A stretch of 64,000 nucleotides of DNA from Octopus sinensis (GCF_006345805.1 NC_043016.1:23002001-23066000); one strand, 5' to 3'; positions 40,638-55,742 are shown, counted from the stretch's first letter. Notes: generated by a model from the sequence alone, not told the origin. Translations and numbers: made by a program.

Positions 40638-41212
40638 CTTTAAACTGATGATTTCATGAACAATCACAACTGCTATTGTTGGGCAGGCAAGGATCTTGTT
40701 ATCTTTGACAAAATGCAGAATTCACCCTAAGTAATGGTGTGGGATGACTTTGGACAGGATTTCACAATACCATGAATGCTGAAGGGTACCTCATTATGCT
40801 GCAAGATGAGATCTGGCCAACTATCAGTGCTTGGGGGAATATTGAAGATTTGATTTTTATGCAAGACGGTACCCCTTCCACATTTTGTTCTTGTTAGTGA
40901 ATGGCTGAAAGCCCACTTCCCTGAGAGATAGATGGGTCATCGTGGTCTAAATGAGTGGCTAGACAGGAGTCCTGACTTAATATCCTGTCAATCCTTTCTT
41001 TGGCGTTGGTTAAAAGGAACAAGTCTACTGTACCAAAGCAAAGACTTTAGAAGAACTTGAAGGGCAAATACGATTAGTTATGTCTGTCATCCCACAAGAG
41101 TTCCTGGTGAAATTAGCTGGCACAATTTCTGGTCAACTCAAGAAGCTGGTGCAACATCTGGAGCCCATGTCAAATTTTAAATAAAACCTCATATGAAAAG
41201 CTTTCTTCTCAT

Positions 41213-41590
41213 ATACTCTTTTTACTTGTTTCAGTCATTTGACTGCGGCCATGCTGGAGCACCACCTTTAATCGAGCAACTCGACCCCAGGACTTATTCT
41301 TTGTAAGCCTCAGTACTTATTCTATCGGTCTCTTTTGCCGAACCGCTAAGTATCGGGGACATAACACACACCAGCATTGGTTGTCAAGCAATGCTAGGGG
41401 ACAAACACAGACACACAAACATACATATACGACGGGCTTCTTTAGGTTTCCATCTACCAATCCACTCACAAGGCTTTGGTCGGCCTGAGGCTATAGTAGA
41501 AGACACTTGCCCAAGTGCCACGCAGTGGGACTGAACCCGGAACCATGTGGTTCATAAGCAAGCTACTTACCACACAGCCACTCCTGCGCC
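41213..41590 (-). mobile_element. tRNA-derived SINE, near full length; decayed copies at about 25235-25355, 25985-26138 and 45050-45165
   Basis: 5' ggcgcaggagTGGCTGTGTGGtaag (A box) and GGTTCAGTCCC (B box). Confidence 0.82.
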
Positions 41591-43678
41591 TATCTATTTT
41601 TTTTGTAAAAATTACAATTGATAAATAATTTATAAATATTTTAAAATAGGGTGTTACTTTTCAATCACCCTGTAAACACAAACACACACAATAAAATCAG
41701 TGACAGCGAGTGTGCATAGTTAACATGTACAAAGACAATTTTAGCAGAGATGACACAGATTCTGGTTTCTAGATAGATAAAATTAGCTCATACACAGTTG
41801 AGGGCTAACTTGTCATATCCAGATATCTAGTTGTTTTGTAAAGTCATTTTAAAGATATCCATAAACCAAACACATAAAAGTAGTCAATGACCCATAAAGT
41901 TCTATATTGCAGAAATCTTAACCGAGACAAAACTGCAGCTTAAATAGCATTGTTACTTCAGTGTGTCAAAAACTGGAACTAAGAACTTTTCTGTGCAAGT
42001 AACAAAACTTAACCTTATTTTAGAAAGAACTTTCCACTTGCACCATGTTTGTTTATTTATTGTTTTATCAAATAAATTTCTCTGACCATTTTCTCCCTCT
42101 AATCTTTAAGTTAAAAGGTATCTAATACTTTAGGATGTAAATTAGAATTCAGAGTCATTATTTATTACTTATTAATAATTAGGAAATCAATGCCCAGGAA
42201 TTGATATCTTGTAAATATAAGTGGAAACACTTGTGTAATCAATCTAACTGTATTCAATCTACCTTGGCAGATGAAAGGACATAACAAATAAAAGCCAGTC
42301 ACAATGTACACCAACGATCATTCTGTCGTTTCAACAATTTCATCCAGATTCATGCAATTGTTATATTATGATTCTTTTTATAGACTAACTGCTTTATATC
42401 AGAATCTCTAGTTTCTAAGAGGATCAAGAAAGATTTATATAGACAAAAATCCTAAAATAAAACTAGTCAAGATTGACCCTATTACTTAGCCCAAAGAAAG
42501 GGAATATTGAGATATTGGTGAAATGAAATTTCAAACAAAATAATAAAAAAATTCTTTAAAAAAAAATCACCTTTTTACCACAATTTGAAGAGATAAGAGG
42601 CTTTTAATGCTCATGTCTACAAAGAAATATTACCAATCAAATATTGCCCAATTTATAAACATGGATGGGATAGAAAATGCATATTTAATAGATATGTATG
42701 AATATATATGAGGGTCATTTATTTTCAAAGAGCAACAATTGACTAGCACTCTAAAGAAGCCTAACAGCTTCTTGGAATTTATATCAAGAAAGAAAAAAGA
42801 AGCAGAAGCAGCATTTCCAATAATAATAAATACACACCCACAGACCAAATGTGAAAAAGAAACTTCTCAGATTTACTATTGCTTTGATAAACAAAAGCAT
42901 TGAAAAGAAAGAGGAAAAAGAAAATGAAGGAAAAACTAGCAAAAATACAAGAGAAAATAAAATAAGAAAAAGTATCCTGTTTTGCTCTAATTCTAATATT
43001 TTGCATAATGCTCAAAATATTCCAAGAATAAGACAGAATTAACAAAAGTTTTGAATTTTAAAACTGAAGCAAACAATGAGAGATTTGAATAAATTGTGCC
43101 ATATAATGATCAGAAATAATGTTAAGTGCCTGAAATTTCATTTAGAAACATTCCAAAATAGCCAATTTTGTTTTTCATAAATGGCAGATGCTGCATTACA
43201 AGAATTTAATAAAACATTCTGAAGGAGACTCTGGAAAAATTGATTGAAAATTAAATCTAAAAAAGCACTAAAAACTACTTGAAATGAATAGAAAATAATT
43301 ACATATACTTGGGTTTTCTATCCAGAAATTAAGAGATCTGAGCACTGAAGCAATATTTTACCTTGATATCCAATTAGAGAAGGTAATGATTTCATTAAAA
43401 GAAAAGGTAATGAATTCATCAAGAGGAAAAGAAAGCAACAGCAGCCTAACAAAGAAAATCAAGAGTAGGAAGATTCTAAGAATAATGGCATGCACATGCT
43501 TCTCTGTCAAGAATAGGAAAAAAAAAATTTTAATCTTGTGAATGAAAAGAAAAATTAAGCTAATCATATTCACTAAAATTATGGACCATAATCTTACAAT
43601 GACTTTATCAAGACAGAGTCAACCACACAAATAATATTGAGAGAAAAGGAGTGAAAACAAAACCCAATTTTTGTAAAT

Positions 43679-43684
43679 TTTATT
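43679..43684 (-). promoter_or_regulatory. Candidate polyadenylation signal for the exon-7a isoform
   Basis: AATAAA about 240 nt after the 7a stop, followed by a GT-rich tract (ttgggttttgttttc). Confidence 0.5.
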
Positions 43685-43919
43685 TAAAAAACTTCCCACC
43701 CCATAAAGTCTTTAGCAGTTTTAATCTGAAATTATGAAGAAAAAGCTAAAATATTTAGCTAAAGCATCATTTTTAGTTAAGTGCATAATTCATTTTCACA
43801 AATAACATGCAAATAATATATTTCAAACAAAATAACCATGCATGTTTTCTTTGAAGATATTCTTTGTTTCTTTTATAAGAACCTGCATTATAAAAGTGTC
43901 AATCAACTGGCAACAGCAT

Positions 43920-44012
43920 CTACATTGGCACATTGGAAAACAGGTAAGATACAGACTCTCCGTTGTGAGTACGCCGTACAGCCTCAGCTAAAATCATCGA
44001 TATATCAATACA
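43920..44012 (-). CDS. PRPS1: PRPS terminal exon 7a, proximal ([30 protein letters not shown])
   Basis: Pyrimidine tract plus cag acceptor, phase 0, 93 nt ending in TAG. Exons 1-7 sum to 957 nt = 318 aa plus stop. Confidence 0.95.
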   Translation of the reverse strand, partial: CIDISMILAEAVRRTHNGESVSYLFSNVPM

Positions 44013-44657
44013 CTGAAAAAGGGAAAGAGAAAAAAAAGAAGAGTATCAAAGAATTTTGTGTGTTAGGAAGCTAGCCACTGGAGAGGTCATTTCAATAACA
44101 GATCATTCTGATGAAAATCTAAATGGTCAGCCAATAGAATGAACAAGACAGGAAACTAGTTTATTATTTTTACCTATTATGAAGTCTAAACATCTTTTAA
44201 TCTATCACATTTCTTAGAAAAGTTGGGATGTAAGAGTAATGGAAAGAGAAAACCATCAATAAGTGAACAAAGTTGAATGAATGGATGAATGAATGTTAAG
44301 ATGTTGGTATCAAACTTAATACCAGATGGAGAAAATGACAGCATAGTAGAATACATGAGAAGCAATTTGTATAATGTGTTACATATAGATCAATATGTAA
44401 TAGATTCATATTAAAGATGAGGGGAGGGTTGTGAAACTAAAGTGACTCATTCATTACCGAAGTTTAAAAAAAAAAACGAATAAAGGGTTTAAATAAAAAT
44501 TAAATGATTAATGAAATGTAAAGATAAGACATTTTCACAATTACAGAGAAACATATATAGCACATTTAACTGTAAAGTAAAAATAAATTTAAAAAAACAT
44601 TGAAAAGCAAGAAACAAAATTTGCTTGAGAATTTAAAATCTTAACTGCAGATCCTAC

Positions 44658-44817
44658 CTGAATTTTTGGTGCTTGTTTCATCCTTTCATCTTGTGGTATT
44701 GTGTTAGTAACCACAACTGCCTCAAACTGAGAACTGTTAATTCTTGAAATGGCTGGGCCAGAGAAAATACCATGAGTGCAAATAGCATACACCTTAACTG
44801 CGCCAGCTTCAAGCAAC
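44658..44817 (-). CDS. PRPS1: PRPS coding exon 6 ([27 protein letters not shown]...[17 protein letters not shown])
   Basis: ttttcag acceptor, GTAGGA donor, 160 nt, ends in phase 0. Confidence 0.97.
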
Positions 44818-45267
44818 CTGAAAAAAACATAGGGCAAATTGATTCCAAGTGTCACAACCTATCGAAAAAGAAAACCAAAGAGGTTTTGAAAAGTACTTCC
44901 CCAATCACTTTAAAATATTGAAAAAATTCAAACTTGATCATGCACAAAAATATGAATAAAGCAAAATTTAACAGAGTACAGAACTCCTCCCAAAATTCAA
45001 CATTTCTTTCTTTTGTTCACCAAGGTTTGGGATTGGATTACCACATTGACTGGCTTGGGGATATAGTTGCTACAGAAAACACTTGCTCAAAGTGCTGCAC
45101 AGTGGGAACTGAACCCAAGACTGCATGGATTGGAAAACAAGCTTCTTAACCACACAACCACTGCACCTTGAACTCCAGTGATATAAATTTGAGAGAAGCA
45201 AGATGAAAAGAGTGTAAGGTTTAAAAAAATTATACAAACAGCATTGCAAATATTGAAAAACACTTAC

Positions 45268-45441
45268 TTTCCAGCAGCATGACAAATAGTGCCACAAGTG
45301 TCTGCCATGTCGTCTACCAAAATAGCAATTTTGTCTTTGACATCTCCAACAAGAACCATTGAAGCAACTTCATTAGCTTTTTTCCTTTCTTTATGAATCA
45401 GGGCAAAATCAACATTCAACCAATCAGCTATGGATGTAACA
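45268..45441 (-). CDS. PRPS1: PRPS coding exon 5 ([58 protein letters not shown])
   Basis: Hand-translated. ccag acceptor after poly-T, GTAAGT donor, 174 nt; PRPP-binding loop [11 protein letters not shown]. Confidence 0.97.
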
Positions 45442-46465
45442 CTGGTAGCAGTAAAAAAAAAAAAAAAATTTTAATCAATAATTAACAAGAGATTCTACTT
45501 GCAAGATATAGCAGCTAAAACCCTATCATACCACTTTGTCACAACACATAGGAAAAAAGACATGATGGAAGGCGTGACTGAAATACTTTTGATCATTGGT
45601 CTGAGAGAGCAAGGCTAACCTGTAGTTAAACAACAATAATAGAATGGAATATGCTTCTCAAATACACAAATAACCAATGAGGTACTTTCAGTGAATTTTT
45701 AGCATCTGTGCTAGTGGGGCACTAAGAGCACCATCAGAGCGTGATCATTGTCTGAGCAGGTAACTGGCTTCTGTGCTGATGGCGCATAAAAGGCACCATT
45801 CGAGCGTGATTGTTGCCACAGCAGCTAACTGGCTTCTGTGCCGGTGGCACGCAAAAGGTACCATTTGAGCAAAGTCGTTGCCAGCACTGCCTGACTGGCC
45901 TGTGCCGGAGGCACGTAAAAGCACCCACTACACTCTCAGAGTGGTTGGCATTAGGAAGGGCATCTGCCAGATCAAGATTGGAACCTGGTGCAGCCATCTG
46001 GTTCGCCAGTCCTCAGCCAAATTGTCTAACCCATGCTAGCATGGAAAGCGGACATTAAACGATGATGATGATGAAGACCTCATGACATGTCTATAGCACA
46101 GTCATTTTGTTTTCAACAACAAAAGCAGCATGAAAATATCCTCCCTTCCACCCACAGTGGTAATGCTCCTGCAAGTTCTAGATGGAAGTCAACAAAACTA
46201 CTAGATGCCAATAATACACTGATTCAACAAGTTCCTTCATTTGCAAGCATTAGCTGAGAAGAAATTACTCAGATAAAGACAGCAGAATATTTTACAGGAT
46301 AAATTTCCATAAAAGACCGACTGTAATGATGAGTCAGATTGACAACAAGCCTTTAAGGTTAGTTTTTCTTATTTAGTACAGACCTCCTAGACTATATTAA
46401 AATTTTGAATATTAAATATAGATGCCGACCACCAAGACTATTGCTGCAATTACTACTACCACTCA

Positions 46466-46591
<126 letters not shown>

Positions 46592-46687
46592 CTAAATATA
46601 AAAGAAATTATTCTTGTTAATTAGCAACAACAGAAATCCTATTTCAGTAAATGTCTTAGATTCTTTTCAGTCATAAAAAAAAGGTTA

Positions 46688-47071
<384 letters not shown>

Positions 47072-48937
47072 TTATGTTTTAAATAGAATAATGGAATGTA
47101 TCTTGTTTAGTGAGATAAGTAGATTAAAATTTTTTTGTATCTGAGAGAGAGAGAGAGGAGCTACAAGAGAAATAAAGGAGAAACGAATGAAAAGAGCAAG
47201 TGAAAGAGACCATCTAAACTAGTTGCTTTTTCTACCTGAAAATATTTCAGATACTTGTAGAATCATTTGTCATACCACTATGAAAATGCTTTCAGAAGTT
47301 TAAACAACTGTGTACAAGTCCTCGTAATTCATTTGAGCTCCATAATGATAAACACTGAAATGTGAAGTAAGCATTAAACCAATTCTTGTCTCAGGGCAGA
47401 GCAAGCGGAATTATAACTCTTGAGCTTATGCTATCTTTAACTTACTATAAACCCAAGTGTTCATTAGAAATACTGACCCTTTTTCCTCTGCTGCCAAATG
47501 AAGAATAACTCACTCAAATATTTATTACATCAATGAAGTAATGACAACAATTCTATTAGTTGTTTTATGGAAAGGTTGAAAGGAGCTAAATCCATCTAAC
47601 CAACAAGAACGCCAATGTAGTAGTAACCAAATCTCCCTTAATAAAAAGGTTGCACTGGATATTTTCCAAGATACATTATACCAGGCAAAAAATTAAATCA
47701 TTAAAAAGTCATGCTCAATAATTAATAAAAATCAATAATTAATTCTAGATCTGCAGATCAATTAAAAGAACTGGGACAGCTACAACTAAAGCCAAATGAT
47801 TAACATTTTGCTCACCAGCACCCACAAACGTTGACAAATTAATGATAATTTTATTGACTTTATTACACCAGAAAATATGCAGATAAAAAGAAACATGATC
47901 TAATAGTGGCTATGGCTCACAAATACTAATTGCAAGTTCAGAATTTTGTCATCAAAACAATGTGGTTGCTAAACACCACCACAGCCTAATAAGAGAGAAA
48001 AAATATGGAATAGATTAGATGAGTTCAGAGGGCTGTTCTATTAACTTCTTTCGAATAGATGTAAGACTAAATTTTGTAGGAGAGCAGGTGTAGTGTGGAG
48101 AGTAGGTGTAGTGTACTGTAATTTACAGCTGCTTTGTCATTTATTTAGTTTGGTATAGCAACTTAATTAAAATGTGTAAACTACATCTAATTATCTTAAA
48201 ATTCTTTAACTCAGTTGTTGCATATTATCTTTATATAGTTTTGATTCACCTGGATAAAGAACTAGATTGACCAAGTTGGGATCTGCACAAAAATGCATTA
48301 TTTACATCAGTGTTTCATATACATAATACAGTGAGTTGCAGAACTTTGTTGAAAAGAAATATTTCCAAGCAATCAGGACAAAAACTCCCTTCAAGAATGC
48401 TAAAACAAGGCAGATAAGATCAGTTGATTAGTGAATCAAATATTTTCAAAGCCAATGGATAGAACAGGCATGTTTCAGCCTAATTCAACTCCTCAGCAAA
48501 GTATATTGTACTCATATGCTCTCATTGCTTGGATAATCTAGGTTGATTGAAGCTTTCCAACTCACCAAATTACATATTTGACCTAACTTTGTTTTTATTG
48601 AGTGTGCAGAGTGATCCTCTGAAGTATTTTGCCTTCAACCACATTTTGGCTGATACAAGATATTTAGTGTAGTGTGACACTAGCATTTCTATCTTGCTTT
48701 ACTGCCTCCAAAATTTAATCCTTTAACATTTTGTCAAATGTCATAATTTATTCACATTGTTTTGAATTAATAATGTATTTTCTTATAGCTTCAATATTTC
48801 AATGATGTGGTTATATATTTATAGAATATCATCCTAAGGGTAGGTGTGAAAAGCCATATCTGGCCAATCTGAACAGAGAATAGATATATTTTGACCAGAT
48901 ATGGCCAGTTTAAATGCTAAAGGGTTAACACATTTTA

Positions 48938-49288
<351 letters not shown>

Positions 49289-49299
49289 TTAGATGCTTT

Positions 49300-50972
49300 A
49301 TATTTGGTTTCAACATCTCCTGAGCACCAACATATATGTGACCATCATGAATGAATCTAAATTTCTCAGAAGCATTATTGGGACTCTTACCTTCAGAAAA
49401 AGTTTATGTGGAGGAGTTCCAGGTGACTCAAGAGAATTAAGGAACTCTGCTGGGTAATGGATAGCTTGATTTTCATCAAGGACTGAATCAATTGATTTGG
49501 ACTCCCTAATGACTGATGGAATCTTATTCATTAATTCATGATTAATCCTTGATACTGTCTCATTTTTTGGAGCAAGAATTACCCTTCCACACAACCATTT
49601 ATGTGAATTATAATTATTACTTAAGTCTGGCAATACTCTGTTCTTCAAATTCAGTTGGGAAATTCCTCATGATAGCCATATGAGCCAAACTGATATCACT
49701 GTTCCCATCAAATGGTACTTTCTCCATTTCCTGATTGGAGGAGCCAGGTTGAAAACTGTTTTGCACATTGGTCCCCATGGAATAAAAGTCACACATTAGT
49801 ATTAAAGGAGAATTTCAGTACTTTATTCCATAGGTGTGAAGACTTAATGCATGCTTTTATTTCATCAGATCTTGTTCGTCTGGGAATAACATTCACTACC
49901 AGTCATTCTTGATAAAACTAATGTAACTCCTCCCATAGATTTATTGTTGCCTCTGATGTCCTATAACATCTTACCAAGAGCTTCCATTGCACCTCTATGT
50001 GGCATGGTGCATTCATCCCAAATGATCAGATGGCATTGGCACAATGCTTCTGGTGAAGCTGAATCTGCATATGTTACAAATTCAATTGTCATTTGTGACC
50101 AGGTCTGCTGGTAATTCAAAAGCAGAATGAGCTGTTTGTCCTCCTGGGAGAATGGTGACAGCAAAGCCAGATAATGGTACAGCAACTGCAATTCTTTTCA
50201 GTTACCTCACCTTGGAGAGAAGCAATGTTACAAATTCATGTTTGTTTCTGGTGTGGAATGCTGCACGCACACACAGATACATGTACATACAGAATCAAAC
50301 ATCAGATGAAATGGACGTGTGTGTGTGTGTATGAAGGAACAAGTGAAGGGGTGTGTATAGATACATACATACATAAATAAATAGGCAAGAAAGAAAGAGA
50401 GAGTGCCACTTAGACATCACTCACTCTCACACACATGCACATACATAGAAAAAAGATGTATGCATATGTAATTATTTATGTACATATACATGACAACACA
50501 CCCCTTGAATCACACATGCATAAATGTATACAAACGTACATACAAAAACGTGTGTGTGAGAGAGAGAGAGAGAAAACATTGCAAACAATGAATGAGACAA
50601 GAATGAAAAAAAAATCGTATAAATAAAAGCATGTTAAAAACTATCTTGTACCAAATATCTAAATTTGTTAACTTCATAAATATTTCTTTCAGTAATTTAT
50701 TGCAGTTGTTTACAAATAGCAAACATTAAAATAGAGAGTGAGAGATTTCACTGTTTTTACGTCAATACCGGAAGCTGACATTGAGAAACCGCTTTAAAGA
50801 AGTGAATCATAAATATAAAGTAATATTTTGTTTCTTTTGTTTTTAAATCAAACAAAGACCCTACTATATGCCCAAAGTCAAATTATTCGTGCATCAGAAG
50901 TATGGAAGTAATTGCTGAAGCCGTTTTCACGTGAAAAGCAAATACACACACATCTCCATTTTATATATTAGA
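49300..50972 (-). mobile_element. Helitron remnant (PIF1-like helicase fragments and 5' TC end) in PRPS intron 1
   Basis: LIIWDECTM, WL..RVILAPKNETV..IN, YPAEFLNSL..PGTPPHKLFLKV..PIMLLRNL; a|TCTAATATATAAAA start at 50972. Confidence 0.85.
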
Positions 50973-51949
50973 TTAGATGAATTTGAGTAAGGATGGAGAA
51001 TAGGGATTAAATAAATGCAGGTGGATACTTATTTAAGCTCTCTGTGAATACAGAACCTGGCTAATGAAATTGCCCAGTTGATATTATGGCAATTTGTGAC
51101 AAGTACAATTTGTAATCCACAGTAGATCAATTATTTTCAGTGTATTAATCACAGTATATCAGATCAAATGAAAGACTGATTAAATATGCAAACTGCAATA
51201 TGCAGTGGTTGCATTGTGCTAGGCAATTTGAAGCATGTGTAAGATGAAAATAAATTGTAGATAATGCATTTACATTCTTTATGTTTATAATTATTTATAT
51301 ATATATTATTCCTAATGGCTTTAAATATATATATATTGATTATATAATCACCTAATCCACTGCTCTGTTGTCTCAACAAAGACTTAATAAATATTGGCTA
51401 AAGACTATTCAATGTTCACATCCCGCTTTCGAAATTTCTTCATGATAAAAGTATTAAAATCGTTTAAAGTTTAAATTACTAAAGCACAGAAATATGGTTT
51501 TATTTTGTTTTTCCCAGGACTGCATATCAGATATACTTGTTAATTGCCAAGTTAGTTGTACATTGCATTTAATATGTAACAGCCAAACATATGAGCCTCA
51601 ACATTATCGCTTGAACTGCTAGGAAAAGCAACCTAAATCCATCTATTGTATCCTGATAAAATAGAGATACCTTCAATAATGCAGTACTATATGCAGTCTG
51701 GCAATTTTTATTCTCTGCTAAACCAATACTGAACTTGGTTTAAGCAACAACATAATGGTTATTTATTCACATTGTTTCAAATTAATTCTGCATTATCTCA
51801 TAGCTTTGAGATTTCAATGATGCAATTGTTTATTTTTAAAATGACATAAGATAGGTTTAAGAGGCTGGATCTGGCCAGTTTAAATCTAGTCTGGACATAA
51901 GAATAATTTAAACTCTCATAAACAAAATAAATACATATCTAGAGACAGG

Positions 51950-52710
51950 TGTATGTAACATCACTTGAATGCTAGATGACTTTGTAAAATCCAATATTTA
52001 CAGCATCTTCCTCTTAATCATTTATGCTGACTAACATTATTTTCCCTAAATCCACAGCAGTACTCAGTATTTGCTTCACAAATTTTCCAAACTTTGATCC
52101 ATTTCATGGGCTTTCCTGGCATATACTGTTTGTTTACATTCTGCATAACAGTTTGTTTCTGCAGTGATAGCTTCAAACAAGCATACTGAAAAAATAAGTC
52201 TAACAGTTTCACTTCCTAGACCATGGATAGACCTCCTCAGAAAAATTGCTAATAAAAACATTTCTAAAGTTTTTACTTCATTCCAATGTAAAATCGTCTT
52301 GGCTGTTGCTATTGCCGCTTTCAGTTTCTTCAGAATCGCTGCTTTCGGTTTCGGATACAGAAATATCCTATTCATTCTAGTACACCATTCTTTTTCTTGA
52401 TAACTCCCTATTTTCTGTTGAAAAACCTTTAAATTCGGAATCACTGCTTGATAGTAAGAAACTCCTATCCATTTTCAAAGTTGATAAAAAAAAAAATTTA
52501 AAAAAAGACGCCGAAAAAATGTGGAAAAAAATCTCCCAAAATTCACCGAGTTCAGATATCACATTAAACAATGTCGGATACTATAACTCAACTATTTACA
52601 AAGTGAAATCACATATTTTCACAAATGTGCTAAAGAGATTTGAGCTTAAATTGACATTTAAATAACAATGGGTCTCTCGGTCAATTACGGCTGGGTTAGT
52701 ATCGAAAGGG
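51950..52710 (-). mobile_element. piggyBac transposon remnant (5' end plus a transposase fragment)
   Basis: TTAA|CCCTTTCG terminus; SDSEFKGF N-terminal motif; KQYMPGKPMKW-IKVW core motif. Confidence 0.8.
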
Positions 52711-54719
52711 TTAATAGTGTTTTATTCCTGTCCACTCAAATAAAAGTTTTAAGTCTTGGATAAATGGATTTCTGAAAATTCTTAGCATCAGAAGTCGAAT
52801 ACTAAAGGCAAATAAGGAATAGATACTTTGTGGCTCTCAATTTCTGGCAGAAAGAGAGCTCAAATCATAAGGTAATAATAGCAGTAGCAGCTGTGAAGAG
52901 TTCCAATTGAATTGGGTCAATGAGGAATGGATGTGAATTTCAAAAGGTATAATTTAGCCAAGACAACTATCTTACAATAAACTGGTTACAATATTGGTTC
53001 TGGGGCATCTTAACTATTCAGGAGGGTTACTTTGTACACTGGCACAGAATGTGGTAGCAGAGGGGTGTTTAATAATCATAACCCAGATGACATCCAGTCT
53101 CCTTGAAGTGTAAGGGAGTTATAGGCTGAAACACTTGCATGAAGGGGGCTTCTTGGAAGACCCTCTGCTGTTCAGCTCTTTGCAGTTTCATACTACCAAT
53201 AAGCTGCACTCAATTATTATCTTCAACTAATAAAATATTGGTTTTCTCAACAACAAGAGACCCTACCTCTCTCACAGGTAGGCAAATTACTACAGAACAA
53301 CGCTCAGAAATCACCAAGAGATAAAAATCAAATATTCTAAACCTAAGTTGTTCTCTTTTCTTTAGAACTTATATTTATTCTTAAATCTATTGAATAGTGA
53401 ATGACTAAAAAAAAAAAACCACAACTCAAATCTTGTAATGAAATTCTTAGTCAGAAAAATTAGTTTCAAACTTGTTTCAAGAAAAGTACAAATGCCTCTT
53501 GTTCTTTTTCTGCACTAACCCACCTGACAAGAGCCAAGTCTTACTTTATATCTGGCAAAGAAATTACTTTCTACAAGTCATCTTGGCACCAGACTAACAT
53601 CTTGCGTTACTTTCTACTGAAAGATATGAACAGAACACTTTTAAGCTGTATATTCAGAGTGGTTTAAAACACTCATTCTCTTATATTTAATACCTGCTCT
53701 CCCATGTAGACATGAACTGATTTAGTGATGTCATCCTTCTTTGTAATCAGTGATCACCCTATCAAACAATTTCATAGCAATACACTGTTGTTGCTACTTG
53801 AAATACAATTAAATATATAAAGCAAGGATAACACATCTCTAACATATAGTAAAAACAAAAGATAGACAGTAATTATTATCAACAACATATGACTAGGAAA
53901 GTGATAAGCCATAAGAACACCTAAAGCAAGAATTAGGATGAAGCAGCTTTGTCATGTTCTGTAAGGTTGAATATATTCAGACATATAGTCATGAAGACAA
54001 TGGATGTGGGGCCAACTATCACTGTACAATGAAGCAGTAGTGATAAACTGAAATATTGTCTGATCATACCAAGCCGTTGGCCATAAAGATGAGAACATGT
54101 TCTTGATGCTTGTTTCACATATATCTATGCTAAACAATTGCATTAGACAAGTGGGTAATGCACAGATCTTGTGCAGGAGCTACGGTTATTCATAGTGTTA
54201 ATGAAGAATAATGTTGCCTTTGCTTCAACAACACCTAGTTGCTAATTATGAGGTAAGAGGAGGAGAATGAGGAACAACCACACAAGTTGCAAACCTGTAA
54301 GGTAGGTTTGTGCAGTATTTTAATGACGTATTTCTAGTCTTTGCAAGCTAACTGTCCAGGTTTCCTTCCTCAGTTATAACTCTGCGGCATTAAGCAATTT
54401 GGGTTTAATTGTGTAATAGGTCAGGTATATCTTTATGAGTAATGCCCTTGTTTTCATGAATAAATTACTTTTAAAAAGAAGCAGGTGCAAACACCTGAAT
54501 ATATATACAAAAGAATACCTTTAAACACACTACTGCACATACAAGCTAGTTTTTGTAACTGAGACTTAAAAAAAGAAATTCATCTGCATCTGTAACTGTG
54601 GCTACCTAATTATTTAAAGATTTGGTAGCAACAGGTAAGTTTACTACGAAATTTTAATCAAAATCATCTAAAAAAGATAATAACTAGCTGGACCCATTAA
54701 AAATTCATGGAAAACAAAA

Positions 54720-55742
54720 AATGTAAAGAAGTTTCAGGTGTGGAAGCAAGGATTAGAATTGAAAGGTCTTAGACTCAACCTAGCAAAAACCAGTCTTAAT
54801 AAGTAAGAAGGCAGACAGGCTACAAACCATCTTCAGGTAGATGGCCCTGCTCAATCTGTAGAAAAGGTGTAGGTAGAAACTCTATAAGATGTACCCAGTG
54901 TAAGTTATGGACACATAAGAGATGCAGCTATATCAAAGGAAGGCTAACTGGGAAGATAGTTTTTGTGTGTGGCAAATGCTCAGGAGCAATAAACACTGAA
55001 AAAGTACAGAGAACAGCTTCCATCACATTTCGTTACCTAGCTTTCGTACCATGTCAGTAGCAGGGATGGATGCTCTGAAAATGTAGCTACTAGATGAAGG
55101 CTAGCCTGGGCAAAGTTCAGAGAGCTCCTACCTCTGCTGGTGACCAAGGGCCTCTCAATCAGAGTAAAAGATAGATTGTATGACGCATGTGTGCTAACAG
55201 CAATGCTACATGGCAGTGAAACATGGGCTGTGACTGCTGAAGATATGCATAAGCTTGCAAGGAATGAAGCCAGTATGCTTCGCTGGATGTGTAATGTCAG
55301 TGTGCATACACAACAGTGTAAGTGCCCCGAGAGAAAAGTTGGACTTAAGAAGCATCAGATGTGGTGTGCAAGAGAGACGACTGCACTGGTATGGTCACGT
55401 GTTGTGAATGGATGAGGAAAGTTGTGTGAAAAAGTATCATACCCTAGCTGTTGAGGGAACCTCTGGAAGAAGCAAACCCAGGAAGACCTGGGATGAGGTG
55501 GTGAAGCACAACCATTGAACATTGGGCCTCACCAAGGCAATGACAAGTGACCGAGACCTTTGGAGATATACTGTGCTCAAGAAGACCCGGCAAGCCAAGT
55601 AAGACCATAACCGTGCCCTATGCCAGTGCTATATAACCAGCCAGATCAGATTGGAGACCGGTGCAGCCTTCTGGCTTGCCAGCCCTCAATCAAACCGTCC
55701 AACCCATGCCAGCATGGAAAGCAGACGTTAAACAATGATGAT
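54720..55742 (+). mobile_element. 5'-truncated RTE LINE
   Basis: AWAKFRELLPLL.TKGLSIRVKDRLYDACV.TAMLHGSETW...RL.WYGHV..KPRKTW, then the shared (GAT)n tail. Confidence 0.88.

Larger units (their letters stand above)
39528..41672 (+). mobile_element. Tc1/mariner (DD37D-like) element with three nested insertions
   Basis: TIR cagggtgattgaaaagtaac / gttacttttcaatcaccctg|ta; FMQDG..W..RSPDL..FLW remnants; hosts a piggyBac MITE, a hAT MITE and a SINE. Confidence 0.85.

Noticed and set aside
41500-41590. tRNA gene (also 58811-58900 and 36315-36385)
   Set aside because: A/B boxes are present but there is no proper cloverleaf, and each is fused to a SINE body.
49310-49648. PIF1 helicase as a host gene
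   Set aside because: Fragmented and frameshifted, with a Helitron-type 5' end; a transposon relic in the PRPS intron.
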